Below, in pieces: positions 51,501 through 64,000 of a DNA stretch of 64,000 nt. This DNA comes from Octopus vulgaris. Its lineage: Eukaryota. A model generated the notes under the pieces. That model ran no database searches. It worked only from the letters and a program-made list of their open reading frames with translations, and was not told where the DNA came from. The position numbers and the translations under genes were made by a program. The stretch is taken from positions 9,858,001 to 9,922,000 of the forward strand of contig OX597826.1 in the NCBI GenBank assembly GCA_951406725.2, written 5' to 3'. The stretch's first letter is position 1. Every line of letters begins with the position of its first letter.

Positions 51501-52550
51501 AGCTTGGAATATGGACACTAAATGATGATGATCATCAGAAATAATGGGTAACATTACACTGCTGTTTTAACAGCAATGCTGCGTTCAAAAAAACATCATC
51601 CTGTTTGTATCATAAAATACACATTCGATGCTTCTAATAAAAACAATTATAAGTTTGTTTATGTGTGTGTGTTTTAATTAAATATGGTTTTATTGTAAAG
51701 CAGACTGTCATCATGTTGCATCTGTCATCATTAACAGAGTGCCACTGGTGCAGCAGTGTCGCAGCAGAGAGGCTCAACATGCGCTAGCAGTGCTCTCACA
51801 CATTCATTATATAAGTTGCATATTTTCTATTTTCGTTTTCTAAAGGAATGAACCGTGAGATTTAAATTTATGAATGATTTTTACAGGATAAAATAAATTA
51901 TGTAGGAAAGTGACCCTACCGAATTTCTAGACAGCCACTGAGTCTGCTAGAAACAGCAGGCCCTCAAATTACACACTATCGTCTTAAAAAGAAGGAACAT
52001 AATAAATAGATGATGTGATCCTGGATACAAAATGTCAGAGAGAAAAAAATGTAGTGGTCATGACTGGAATGCTTTTGACCATGTCAGCTCAGTCAGACCA
52101 AATATCCTGGGCTCAACAATACGTAAAACAACAGGCCAACAAAGAAACCTCTACCTGATACGCTAAAAATAACAGCCAAATTCCACATGAATCACATATT
52201 TTCATCTTAAAAGGGAAATAATTTTGAATATCACCATCCTAGATATAGTTTGTGAATGAAATTTGATAGTTTAAAACTGTGCCTCTCATATATACAATTG
52301 TGTGTGTGTGTATGTATACCATAACCATCATTTGATATCTGTTTCCCATGGTGTCATGTACTGGACAATGACAGGATCTCATGAGCTGCAGAGTCAACCA
52401 CTTTACAGTGTAAATTGGATGCTTCTTTTGATGCCAGTGGAACCAGTAAGGTTGCAAGACAATAAGAACAGAAAAGGAAAAAACGTCCCCACTAACGGTG
52501 GGGTGGGAGGCTTTATGTTAGATGCTGAGAGGCTAAAGAATGAGATATGT

Positions 52551-52830
52551 AGGTAAGGGCAGCGGACTCGCGGTCGTAGGATCACGGTTTCGATTCCCAG
52601 ACCGGGCGTCGTGAGTGTTTATTGAGCGAAAACACCTAAAGCTCCACGAGGCTCCGGCAGGGGGTGGTGTCGTTACCTGCTGTACTTTTTCGCCACAACT
52701 TTCTTTCATTCTTTCTACTGTTGGCCTGCTTGCTTAGCCAGCGGGGTGGCACCATTTGAATGCTAAAACAATGCCAAGACGCATTGTGACCAGCGATGTG
52801 TAACAACATCTGATGGCCTGGTCGGTCACG
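52551..52830 (+). mobile_element. SINE family A, tail type a
   Basis: Homologous to 6809-7107. Confidence 0.88.
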
Positions 52831-53483
52831 TGATATATATATCATCAAAATCATCATCGTCATTTAACATCTGTTCTCCATGCTGGCATGGGTTGAATGG
52901 TTGGAAAGGAGCTGGTCAGTCACCATTTGTCTGTTTTGGTATGGTTTCTATGGCAGGATGCCCTCCCTAACGCCAACCACTTTACAGTGCACTGGATGCT
53001 TTTACGTGAGACTAGTACAGGCACATTTATGTCACACCAGCATCCATGGGCCCACAAGACTAGGATCTCTTGACTGGGAGAAGGATGTAGAGGACATGCT
53101 TGTATGCATGAACAGCCGTGATCTTACTTAAGTTGACGTATCTTCTCAAGCACAGCAAACCACCAGAGAGATTAGTGTGTGTCTGTATCCATATTTATGT
53201 TGTTATTTGAGTTGTGTCCCTTCGTGTTCTATAATTTAGTAGTTTGACAAATAGGGATCAATAAATTAAGTACCAGCCTGGAGCAATACTGACATCAATA
53301 TGATCGACTGAAACCTTTGAAGGCAGCGCTACAGCATGGTCGCAGTTCAATGACTGAAGCCCTTAATAAAATAGTGCAACTAACAAAACTTCAGATTTTA
53401 CAGAAGAGAAAATAAACGAGATTGTGGGACATTCATACTTTTCCTAAAATGATCCAAGGAATCAAGCATTCATCATGAGTGAG

Positions 53484-53486
<3 letters not shown>

Positions 53487-53563
<77 letters not shown>

Positions 53564-53574
53564 TGTGTGTGTGT
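53487..53574. repeat. (TG)n(GA)n(TG)n microsatellite
   Basis: Directly visible. Confidence 0.95.
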
Positions 53575-54506
53575 ATTCCTCTCTCCTTGCCATGACATCA
53601 TGTGATAATTGTAAATGAGTAACCCTTTGCAATTAGTGTCCTTCATATCTAATCTTTTGTGAAAAATGTCCCTGGACATTGAGGACTATCGCCTTACTTA
53701 GAAACATGCAAAGGTTGATAACAGGAAGGGCATCCAGCCATAACAAAATCCACCTCAACAAATTCTGCCTCCCCCCCCCCCCCCGTGTGAGCATGGAAAT
53801 ATGGAGATGATGATGATGGTGATGGTGATTGTGAATACTAGAAACATAATCATGAACGTGACCTTTCTCCCAGTAAACGAAATCCATTCTGATTCAGTAA
53901 ATAAATTACAATAACTGCTTTACGGTAGGATGTAGTCTTAAACACTGGTTATCCAGCTGTAGTTAATAATCTCAATGATTGCTGCTGCACCTCAAATACA
54001 GGATTAGAAATTTCACAGTGATTTTCTCTCTGAAGCACCAGGCCCTGTTTTTTGTAAGTGGGAGGGAGAGAATATTGATTTCTCACACTGGTGCAAAGCT
54101 GAAGGTTTACAGAGGTGAGGTGATGGGGGTGTAGCCAATTAAAATGGCTCAAGTGCTTGATTCGAGTTATTTTATCAATCCTGAAACACAGAAGAACAAG
54201 TCTAGGTACTGAAAAGCACTTAGTTTGCACAACTGTTCCTGCCAACTGTCAGTCACGTTAATAATAAACATGATGATGATTACCGAGATTGGCACAAAGC
54301 CATACATTTGTGGAGAAGTAGTGGGGGTGGGGAGAACAGAGATGTGGTCAATCTAATCAATGCAAGTACTTGATTGGCATTTAATCATGGAAGGATCAAA
54401 CCAATGAACTAGTTTCTATGAAGTTGTTAGACCTGCAGCCAAACTCCTTTAAATCACACCCTGCTGTTTTAAAAATAGCCTAATTAGACAATGTTAATTG
54501 AAGGGT

Positions 54507-54729
54507 CATCATCATCATCATCGTTTAACGTCCGTTTTCCATGCTAGCATGGGTTGGACGGTTCAACTGGGGTCTGGGAAGCCCGAAGGCTGCACCAGGC
54601 CAGTCAGATCTGGCAGAGTTTCTACAGCTGGATGCCCTTCTTAATGCCAACCACTCCGTGAGTGTAGTGGGTGCTTTTTATGTGCCACCGGCACAGGTGC
54701 CAGACGAGGCTGGCAAACGGCCACGCTCA
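54507..54729 (-). mobile_element. RTE-associated 3' end
   Basis: Homologous to 13849-14070. Confidence 0.8.
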
Positions 54730-54769
54730 GTCAATACATTTGAGTATCAAATATATGAGGGAAAACGTT

Positions 54770-54815
54770 GACAGTGACTTCGAAGTCTCACCACTGTTGG
54801 CATCATCAGATTGTC
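54770..54815 (-). ncRNA. Degenerate minimal type I hammerhead ribozyme motif (Penelope-like), one arm of an old palindrome 54758-54866
   Basis: Minus strand GACAAT-CTGATGA-T-GCCA-acag-TGGT-GAGA-CTTCGAAG-TC-ACTGTC; the second arm carries an independently decayed copy. Confidence 0.65.
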
Positions 54816-54889
54816 TGATGAAGTCAACGAATAGCAAAACTTCAAAGTTACTATCAACCCTTCCCTTGTAATAATATATTAGATAGTGA

Positions 54890-55102
54890 AGGTGGTGATC
54901 TGGCAGAAACGTTAGCACACTGGGCGAAATGCTAAGCAGTATTTCGTCTGTCTTTATGTTCAGAGTTCAAATTCCACCGAGGTCGACTTTGCCTTTCATC
55001 CTTTCAGGGTCAATAAATTAAGTACCAGTTGCATGCTGGGGTCGATCTAATCGACTGGACCGCCACAAAAAAATTTGGGGCCTTGTGCCTACAGTAGAAA
55101 AG
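54890..55102 (+). mobile_element. SINE family C
   Basis: Homologous to 2661-2830 with a different 3' end. Confidence 0.85.
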
Positions 55103-56364
55103 AATATATTAAATACTGAAGTGTTTGATATACCATACTTGAACAGAGATGGGATGGTCATAGCTGGAGTAACTCTGATCATTCGTCTGTCTCATCAATC
55201 AGGACTAACCCAGGACTAAATAAGAAGAACCAAGAAAGGATAGAAAACACAGCTGAGCCTGGCAGAAATTGAAATCACAATGTAAAGGAGTATACAATAG
55301 AGCATTTGTGGTCACCTTGAGACAAATGACAAACAGTGAGGCTTAGTATCAACATAACAAAACCCTTTTAGCAAACCCTGCAGAAAAATTTATCAACTGA
55401 ATGACCTAATGCAATATATTCTATGGATGATCAAATGCTAATGTTATATAAATTCTTAATTCTTTGATTAGTCCCCATACCAATTCCTACCGAACAGAAG
55501 TCTACAATCAAAGGCTATATACAAAAGGATCATTCTGACTTTGTTTCAGAGATAATGCTTCCTTCTCTTTATAAGCTTGTAAGGTCTGAACTGGAGATTT
55601 AGTGTCTATTTCTAACTGGTTGGACCATCCTGTAGAGGCCCCTCTCCCACTATCACGAACTGTTGCATTATAGCTTAATTTCCTTAATTACATATTTATT
55701 ATGCTGAATGCCTGCAGAAGAGGGAGAGGGCTTCCAGAATGTTTAAGTGGGTGTAGTTAGAAATTTACATTACACATCTCTATGAATTTCTTTCTCACTC
55801 CACACACCGAAAATATTCCAATGCAATAGTTACAATTATAGTTCCACATCATATTTCAAACCTTGTGCCTTTGGTAAAAAGGATTATTATTATTGTTGTT
55901 GTTAATGTAGTGATTTATGCGTTAAGTTAAATAATTAGATTTCACTATACTAACTACTGAAAACATTAGTAATATACAAAATAGATTTTAAAAATTCCTA
56001 TAAAAAAAAATTAAACCAGGGTTCCTAAAAGGGAAATAGAATATATGACCAGGGCTGCAAGGAATGGAAGGGGAGAAAGATTTACCATAATTGAAACGAA
56101 AAAAATGTTATTGAAAGGCCCATGTTGCTACGTACAAACAAATCATTTGAATTAGTTGGCAAAGAAGAAACTGGTTTAGTCTTTTATATTTGTATCTGAG
56201 AAAAGATTTGCAAAACTGCAGAAATAAATATTGCTGCTTAAAAACCAGGTCAGTCTAAATCAAATAAGCTTTTGATGATGACATTCCAGCTGTGACCATT
56301 CCAAATATTTTTAGTGTCCAATAGGTCCTTCCATTTTTTTGATGATGGTTGGTTGGGAGAGCTA

Positions 56365-56640
56365 TATCCACAGGCACGCTGTCCCCTCACTGCCTATTCT
56401 GTTGCTACTACAACTGTCTCTGCACCAGGGAACTAGCTGCATGTAGATGCATACCACCTCCATCCAGGGCCACCCAAAACAAACCTGCCTTCTCCTGTCA
56501 TCCGACATTGTGAATTACTTTCTCAGGTACTACATTAATCACTTTAGTCAAACCTCCCACCTCACAAAGTCTCGCCCACTGGAATTCTTTTTCCCCAGAC
56601 ATCAATTGAACATCAACCTACTTAATCAATAAATCTCACC
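56365..56640 (+). mobile_element. Highly decayed CR1/L2-group LINE 3' fragment
   Basis: Patchy translation HRHAVPS..LFCCYYNCLCTRELA..WN resembles the terminal region of CR1/L2-type ORF2. Confidence 0.45.
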
Positions 56641-57982
56641 TGTCATAGAGGCCTGTGAAGGTCAAGGTTACTGGTTCGTTATTTCTGACTAAACAATAAA
56701 AAGAAAATGCTGCTTGACATCCTCATACTATCACCATCATCGTTTTAATGTCAACATTTTCCATGCTTGCATAAGTCAGAGGGAGTTTTATTGAGGCAGA
56801 TTTTCTATGGATGGATGCCCTTCCTCACCCGTTTCAAAGCAAGATGGCCAGACATTTTACATTGAATACTGGAAATAAAACGACAATACTTGTATGACAG
56901 GGACACTGCTTTATAACTATCATGTGATATTAAGACAATGGCACCACACATACACATATCATCATCATCATTCAATGTCCGTTTTCCATGCTGGCATGGC
57001 TTGGACAGTTTGACTAGAGCTGGGTAAGGCCAGAGGCAGTACCAGGTTCCCTTGTCTGTTTCGGCTTGGTTTCTACTGCTGGATGCCCCTCCTAACACCA
57101 ACTACTCTACAGAGAGTACAGGTGCTTTTTATGTGACATCAGTGCTTTTAACATGGCACCAGAAAATACACACACACACACAACAGGCTTCTTTCAGTTT
57201 CTCTCTGCCAGATTCACTCATAAGGCATTGGTCAACCTGGAGCTATAGTACAAGACACTTGCTCAAGTTTCCATGCAATAGGACTGAACCTGCAATCATA
57301 TGGTTGAGAAGCAAACTTCATAATTATATAGCGCTGCTATATTATCATAATGTGACCACATATTCATACTTTAAACAATGTGTTAATCAGACCACACCAT
57401 ACACCTGTGTGGTGGAGTAACCAGGGAAAGAAATATCTATCATGAAAACCTTTTTTGAGAGCAACTTGTTTGAGATCTCATAATATATATGCTGTCCTTG
57501 CATGCAGGCATGTCCCCTACATCCTTCCTTAGCTGAGTGACACAAACCTTGCGGGTTCATGGGTGCTGGTTCAATGTAAAAAGCACCCATGTCAGTGCCG
57601 CAAAAAGGGCACCCATGCCAATACTATGTAAAAGCCCCCTGCAACTGCCACATAAAAGCACCCAGTACACTCTGTAGAGTGGTTGGTGTTAGGAATGGCA
57701 TCCAGCCATGAAACCATGCCAAAACAGATATAGAACCCAGGCAGCTTTTCATCAGGCTAGCTTCTGTCAAGTTGTTCAACCCATGAAAAGCAGAAGATGA
57801 ATGATGATGGTGTGAAATTTCAGTTGATAATGCCAATATTACATACACACACATTATATATATGTATATAAAGTTCCAAAAGTTAGCGAGAAGATCAGGC
57901 AAAGATGGCTGTGACTATCTGGTCTCTGCCTGCACCACCCTGAACTGGAAGCATCCAAATTAGTCTTGTGGCACCTGCTTCA

Positions 57983-58260
57983 TGAGTGGATTTGGTAGAC
58001 GGAAACTGAAAGAAGCCTGTCGTATATATGTATATATATATATGTATGTGTGTGTATATGTTTGTATGTCTGTGTTTGTCCCCCTAGCATTGCTTGACAA
58101 CCGATGCTGGTGTGTTTATGTCCCCATCACTTAGCGGTTCGGCAAAAGAGACCAATAGAATAAGTACTGGGCTTACAAAGAATAAGTTTCGGGGTCGATT
58201 TGCTCGACTGAAGGCGGTGCTCCAGCATGGCCGCAGTCACATGACTGAAACAAGTAAAAA
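57983..58260 (+). mobile_element. 5'-truncated SINE family B
   Basis: Begins tgagtggatttggtagacgg; near consensus. Confidence 0.88.
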
Positions 58261-58275
58261 AAAAAATATATATAT

Positions 58276-58319
<44 letters not shown>

Positions 58320-58322
<3 letters not shown>

Positions 58323-58571
58323 AAGTTCCAAAAGTTAGTGAGAAGATCAGGCAAAGATGTCTGACTATCTGTCCCTGCCTGCACCACCCTGAACTGCAAG
58401 CATCCAAACTAGTTTCGTGGCACCCGCTTCATGGTGATGCAAGAAGAGGAAACTGTCATCACACTTACATCGACAACTTAATTGCAGACACTGGCCTGGC
58501 CTGGCCTGGAATGTATCCAAGATCTTGAGGCAGTGATGAACCGAGAAGTGTGGTGGACTTTGTTGCTGACC

Positions 58572-58620
<49 letters not shown>
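58320..58620 (+). mobile_element. RTE-like LINE 3' end with (TAA)n tail
   Basis: KVSEKIRQR..HHPELQASKLVSWHPLHG..RRG..TYIDNLIADTGL, then (TAA)n at 58573-58620. Confidence 0.75.
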
Positions 58621-58621
<1 letters not shown>

Positions 58622-59689
58622 TGAAACACATAGGCTTGGCTTGTTAGAAATATAGATATGAAAGAATTACCAAAAACAATTTTAAAAAAAGAACTAAAAA
58701 AAAAAGAACATAGAATTGACAACAATGGTGACTTGTATGAAGGAAATCCTATTAGGAACCCATTTCATTCCAATGTCCTAAGAGAGCGGTTGATGTCCTT
58801 AGCCTAGCCAATCCAACACTCAGTCACATAGTAGTATGTGAATGTTTTTATGCACACAGCATACAGGATTTTAAAGTCAGTGACTATTCATTACTCATTA
58901 GGAAAAGCAACAGAATTTTCAGTGTTGTGTTATTTCCTGAATGCTAGAATTATTACACACAGATAGTTTAAATGCTTACAAATAAACAAATTTCCCTCTA
59001 TTTTTTTTTTATATTATTTCTTTTTCTTTCTTTTATTCATTTCAGTCACTGGACTTCAGTCATGCTGGGACTCCATCCAGAGGGTTTTAGTCAAACAAAT
59101 TGCCCCACAGGACTTACTTTTTTTTTAAAGGCTAGTACTATTCTATTGGTCTTTTTTTTTTTGCCAAACCATTAAGTTATGGGGACATAAACAAACCAAC
59201 AACAGTTGTCACTTGGTGGGAGGAGGGTGTCAAACACAGAACACACACACACATAATGGGCTTCCACACAGCTTTTGTCTATCAAATTCACTCCAGAGCA
59301 TTGACCGGCCATGCTTTAGTAGAAGACACATGCTCAACATGCCACATTTTGAACCATACGAATGCAAAGCAAGCTTCTAACCGCACAGCCCTGCCTCCAT
59401 CTGTTACAATTTTCCTTTTTCAATCTGCCGTGTTAATCATGCTGGCACCACGTTAAAAGCATTGTGCTGGTGCCAGTTTATGTGGCACCAGCACAGTGCA
59501 CTCAGTAAAGTTAGGAAGGACATCCAGCTGTAGAAACCATGCCAGAACAGACAACAGAGCCTGGTGCAGACCCTGGCATTACAAGCTCCTATCAAACTGT
59601 CTAACCCATGCCAACATGGAAAATAGACCTTGAATGATGATGATGTTTGATCCTGGCATTAATTACACAAATCTGGATTTTTGGAGCAC

Positions 59690-59892
59690 ATGTGCCGGTA
59701 GCACGTAAAAGCACCATCCGTTCGTGGCCGTTTGCCAGCTTTGTCTGGCACCTGTGCAGGTGGCACGTAAAAAGCACCCACTACACTCACGGAGTGGTTG
59801 GTGTAAGGAAGGGCATCCAGCCGTAGAAACACTGCCAAATCTGACTGGGCCTGATGAAGCCTCCTGGCTAAATGATGATGATGATGATGATG
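59690..59892 (+). mobile_element. RTE-associated 3' end with (GAT)n tail
   Basis: Two gcacgtaaaaagcacc units plus the gggcatccagc core. Confidence 0.8.
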
Positions 59893-60182
59893 TGGTCATT
59901 TCACTCCAAGACTGCCCTGTTTCAACAAACTTATGACCAAAGGTGTTCCAACAAAGAGAGCATTTTATCTCTTTGTATATTTAGGACCACACTGTCCAAT
60001 GTGTTCTTGTTATTTTTAAGACAGCATGATGTGATTTGATAAGATTTAACTGTTATTTCCAGCATGTTGCGTGACCATATAAAAGCTCCTTTGTTGACTG
60101 ACAATTCCTAGGTTTTATTACAACCATGAAGTAACATGGATGTTGGCTATTGCAGAAATAAATTAACGAAGGAAACTTAACC

Positions 60183-60710
60183 AGGCAAGGCTGTATGGTA
60201 ATAAGCTTGCTTCCCAATCACATGGTTCTGGGTTCAGTCCCACTGTGTGGCACCTTGGGCAAGCGTCTCCTACTATAGCTTCAGGACAATCAAAACCTTG
60301 TGAGTAGATTTGGTAGGCAGAAATTGAAAGAAGCCCATTGTAGATCTAAAGGGTGGGCCAGAATTCGTGACTCGTTATATTTATTAATAAGCATATTAAG
60401 AAATGAAATAATGAATTTAAACAATACAATATCATTAAAATAAGCACACTAAGAAATATAACTAATGAGTCATGAATTCTGGCCCACCTTGTGTGTGTGT
60501 GTGTGTGTGTGCCTTTGTGTCTGTCTGTCCACCATCACTTGACAACTGGTGTTAGTTTGTTTACATTCCCGTAACTTAGTTATTTGGTAGAAGAGACTGA
60601 TAGAATAAGTACCAGACATAAAAAAAAAAAATAAAGAAAGGACTGGGGTCGATTTATTTGACTAAAAATTCTTCAAGGCTGCAGTCTAGTGACAGAAACA
60701 AGTAAAAGAA
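60183..60710 (+). mobile_element. SINE family B interrupted by a MITE
   Basis: Head 60183-60340, tail 60492-60710. Confidence 0.82.
60349..60491. mobile_element. Small Tc1/mariner-like MITE
   Basis: TIRs aagggtgggccagaattcgtgactc and gagtcatgaattctggcccaccttg; AT-rich interior. Confidence 0.78.
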
Positions 60711-61033
60711 GAAAAAAAAACATAAATAAAACAAAGAAAGAAATATTAGTTCTTAGGTATGTTTGGAATTATCAACATCATGTAACATTTGCCTTCCATG
60801 CTGATGTAGGTTATACAGGTCATCACACACTGAGTCAGCCCTTATTCAGAGTTACTGTCCTCCTTCAAGGGTCAAGAGACTACGTCTCACTCATACATTC
60901 CATTCTGCCATGGTTTCTACAGCTTAAAGTCCTTCTCGATTCTAACCACTTTACAACATGCACAGCATGCATTCTTATCATGGCACATGAAAAGGTTGTC
61001 ATGTCATCATCACTATCATCATCATCGTTTTGA

Positions 61034-61397
61034 TTTATTCTTTTACTTGTTTCAGTCATTTGGCTGTGGCCATGCTGGAGCACTGCCTTTAGTCGAACAA
61101 ATTGACCCCACCCCAGGTCTTATTTTTTGTAAGCCCAGTGCTTATTCTACTGGTCTTTTTTGCTGAACCACTAAGTTACGGGGACGTAAACACACCAACA
61201 TCAGTTGTCAATCAAGAGATGGTGGGGGGACAAACAGAGACACACACACAAATATGACAGGCTTCTTTCAGTTTCCATCTACCAAATTCACTCACAAAGC
61301 TTTGGTCAGCTCAAAGCTATAGTAGAAGACACTTGCCCAAGATGCCATGCAGTGGGACTGAAGCCGGCACTGTGTGGTTGATAAGCAAGTTACTTAC
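61034..61397 (-). mobile_element. SINE family B
   Basis: Homologous to 16591-16956. Confidence 0.88.
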
Positions 61398-63216
61398 CAC
61401 ACAGCCACGCCTGCGCCTGTCCACTTTTCCATGCTTGCATGGGTTGGACTATGTTTATCAAGGCAGATTTTCTGGTGCCAAATGGTCTTCCCATCACCAG
61501 CTCTCAACTGTTTTCAAGCAGGGTAATATTTCTGTGTTTTCACTGAATATTGGACACAAACACACACTGCACGTGTGTGTGTTAGTGTGTAACAGACTTC
61601 TGTTTGCATTGACTAAATTCATTTACAAGGCTTTGGTCAGCCTGGGGCTATAGTAGAAGACACTTGCCCAAGGTGCTACCACAGAAGGATTTAACCCAAG
61701 GCCACACAGTTAGGAAGCAAGCTTCTCAACCATACAGCTATGTCACACCCTTAATTAAATTAAAGAATCCTCTCCACTCTACATCAACTTTATTTATTCA
61801 CCAACCTCTTTACAAAGCATAGTGGGTGCATTTTATCATGGCACCAGTACAAGAGAGAGAAAGCAGTTGCCTTCTCTTCAGTAGAATTAAAGCATCTTTC
61901 TATATTATTTCTCTTGACATACCTGTAATGTACGGGTCATAGGGGTTTTGCTAAACACCCTGAGTGGTTTTTTAACCTTCACTAGATTTATTACACGCTG
62001 GTAGTTTTTAATAAAATCTAAAATTCTTATTGCTATTTTTACCAAAGTTTAAAAAACATTATCTTATTTTTATATTTAGTTTTTTTTCTTTGATTTTATT
62101 TATTTGGTTAGTACACTCAACTCTACACACAAGCACCTCAGTTCACCCAGCTGTAGACATGGACCACATCAACTGAGAAACTTACATTTGATTGACTGAC
62201 CAACATCCTATCCAGAAAGAGTAGGGTTTATTTCACCATATTCCACAATATAAAACAAAAACTACGCACAGGACTGGCTCTTTAAAGTTCTGAGAGATTA
62301 CTATAGCTGTAAGAGTTACTTGAGTACAGAATGCTCTTCAGAAGTGTACAAACATCTCAGAGAGACTACAACTGAGTTTGAAGACACAAAAACATATAAT
62401 CTGAAAAGATGGTCTGAGTTTAGTCCTCTATTATTAGTGATGGCTACACACCAAAATGCGGAGCAACTTTCAAAAAACAAGGCAGGTGGAAGAATCAACT
62501 AAATTCAGATTATTCTTTATCAGGACATTACTTAATAAACTCATCAGTGCTATTAAGTTACTTTTGGCTTGATATGATGCTGAATAGACTTATATAAAGC
62601 AAAGACTGTTGTGCTATTCTTACATAATATGTATGTAGGAGGCCTTATTTTGTTGCAGAAGCCATCCTGTATTCATTGAGAGTTGTGTGATGTTTGAATA
62701 CAGTGGTTTGCATCCATAGTCTGATTTAGAAAAGGGGATATGTGGGCTGGTGCTACCAAGAATGAGTGTTTCTAGGAAAGAGATAGATGAGTCTGTGTGA
62801 TGTTGCCTTGTTTTAATTCTGCAGATTTACTAGATAACGAAAAATTGGCAAGCATTCAAATATACAAACACACACGCACATACAGAGGGACAGATGAGCC
62901 TCAATGCAGTCATTCAACTTGCTAAAGATAGCAGCCAGATCACATCATATTAGCTTTTCAACAAATGGACACACTGGACAATTTAGTCCTAGACACCTTA
63001 CGCTGAATAAAAGGCAAGATGGTTATGGTTGGAAAGCTTTTGATCAATAGATCTGTTTGATTAGGGCTGACCTGCAGCTAAACAACAACACACGTTATTA
63101 TCAGGAGTAAGTCAACTTGTCAGAACCTCCTCTTACTTCACTCCAAGCTTTACCCACAGAAGGTTTTGGATTCAACACTGCAAGATAACAAACATGTATC
63201 AATTATATCTAAGACA

Positions 63217-63640
63217 GTGAACCAGCAGGATCATTACTGAACTGGGAAAAATGCCAAGCAGCACTTCATCCAAATTTTTCACGTTCTGAATTCAAATGCC
63301 ACCAGGGTCCACTTTACATTTCATCCTTTCAGGGGCTAATAAAATAAGCACCAGTTGAACACTAGGGTCAATGTAATCGATTTCTCCCCTCCCTCGAAAT
63401 TGCTGGCCTTGTGCCAAAATTCGAAATCAATTATATATTCATCTTAAGAGAGTGTGCTAGCAGAATTACCACCACATCGGAAAAAATACTTAGTGACAGT
63501 TCTTTACATTCTGAGTTCAAATTCCACCAGGGTCAATTTTGCTTTTCATCCTTTCAGGGTCAATAGAATAAGTGCCATAGAGTACTGGAACTGAATTGAC
63601 TTTCTCCTCCACTCAAAGTCTTGAGCCAAAATTTGAAAGA
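63217..63640 (+). mobile_element. Two adjacent diverged family C SINEs
   Basis: Both contain ttctga(a/g)ttcaaat..ccaccagggtc..ttcatcctttcaggg. Confidence 0.75.
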
Positions 63641-64000
63641 ATTATATATTAATCTTGAGAATTTTAGCTCAGACCAGTAGCTACTAATAACATATATTAA
63701 GTGTTCTCAACCATAGGATACAACACAGTGCCGTTGATATCCACATGGAAACTGTCCTGTAGCAAAATTTTTCACTGAAGAATTTTTCCTAATCTGTCCT
63801 CTCTCTGGATTTTAACAATCTGGAACCAGATTTTTCCTACAATTGTTCAATCTGAATCTGAACCACATCAATTTCAAAGATTCTGTTTAAAATCAATCAT
63901 GGACTGTCCTTCTTTCACTGACCAAGTTATAATTTTTTTTTTTTTAATATAACCTGCAAATTTTGGTCAGTATTTTGATGCTGAACATCTCTATTAAAAC

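Overview
AT-rich, microsatellite- and retroposon-dense eukaryotic DNA; the SINE, RTE and mariner content looks like an octopus (coleoid cephalopod) genome (inference, no database check). I can support one protein-coding gene. It lies on the minus strand, with its ~779-aa CDS in one large exon (26249-28588), small upstream exons (33775-33827, 35170-35243 and a probable first exon near 35631-35700), a CpG-richer promoter near 35.7 kb and a ~5-kb TE-free putative 3' UTR. Everything else is decayed RTE/CR1 LINEs, mariner relics, hAT/pogo/Merlin-like MITEs, three SINE families and (TA)n/(CA)n arrays, and most of the ORF track is microsatellite or repeat artefact. Main observations: (1) the upstream exons splice into a continuous 56-codon uORF whose TGA overlaps the main ATG (ATGA); (2) a set of foldback insertions, three forming ~90-100-bp near-perfect hairpins in this gene's introns and one carrying a decayed minimal hammerhead ribozyme in both arms, as in Penelope-like elements; (3) a compact structured motif shared by two otherwise dissimilar insertions, each with a 13-bp TSD; (4) a tandem MORC-C-terminus-like motif in the orphan protein.
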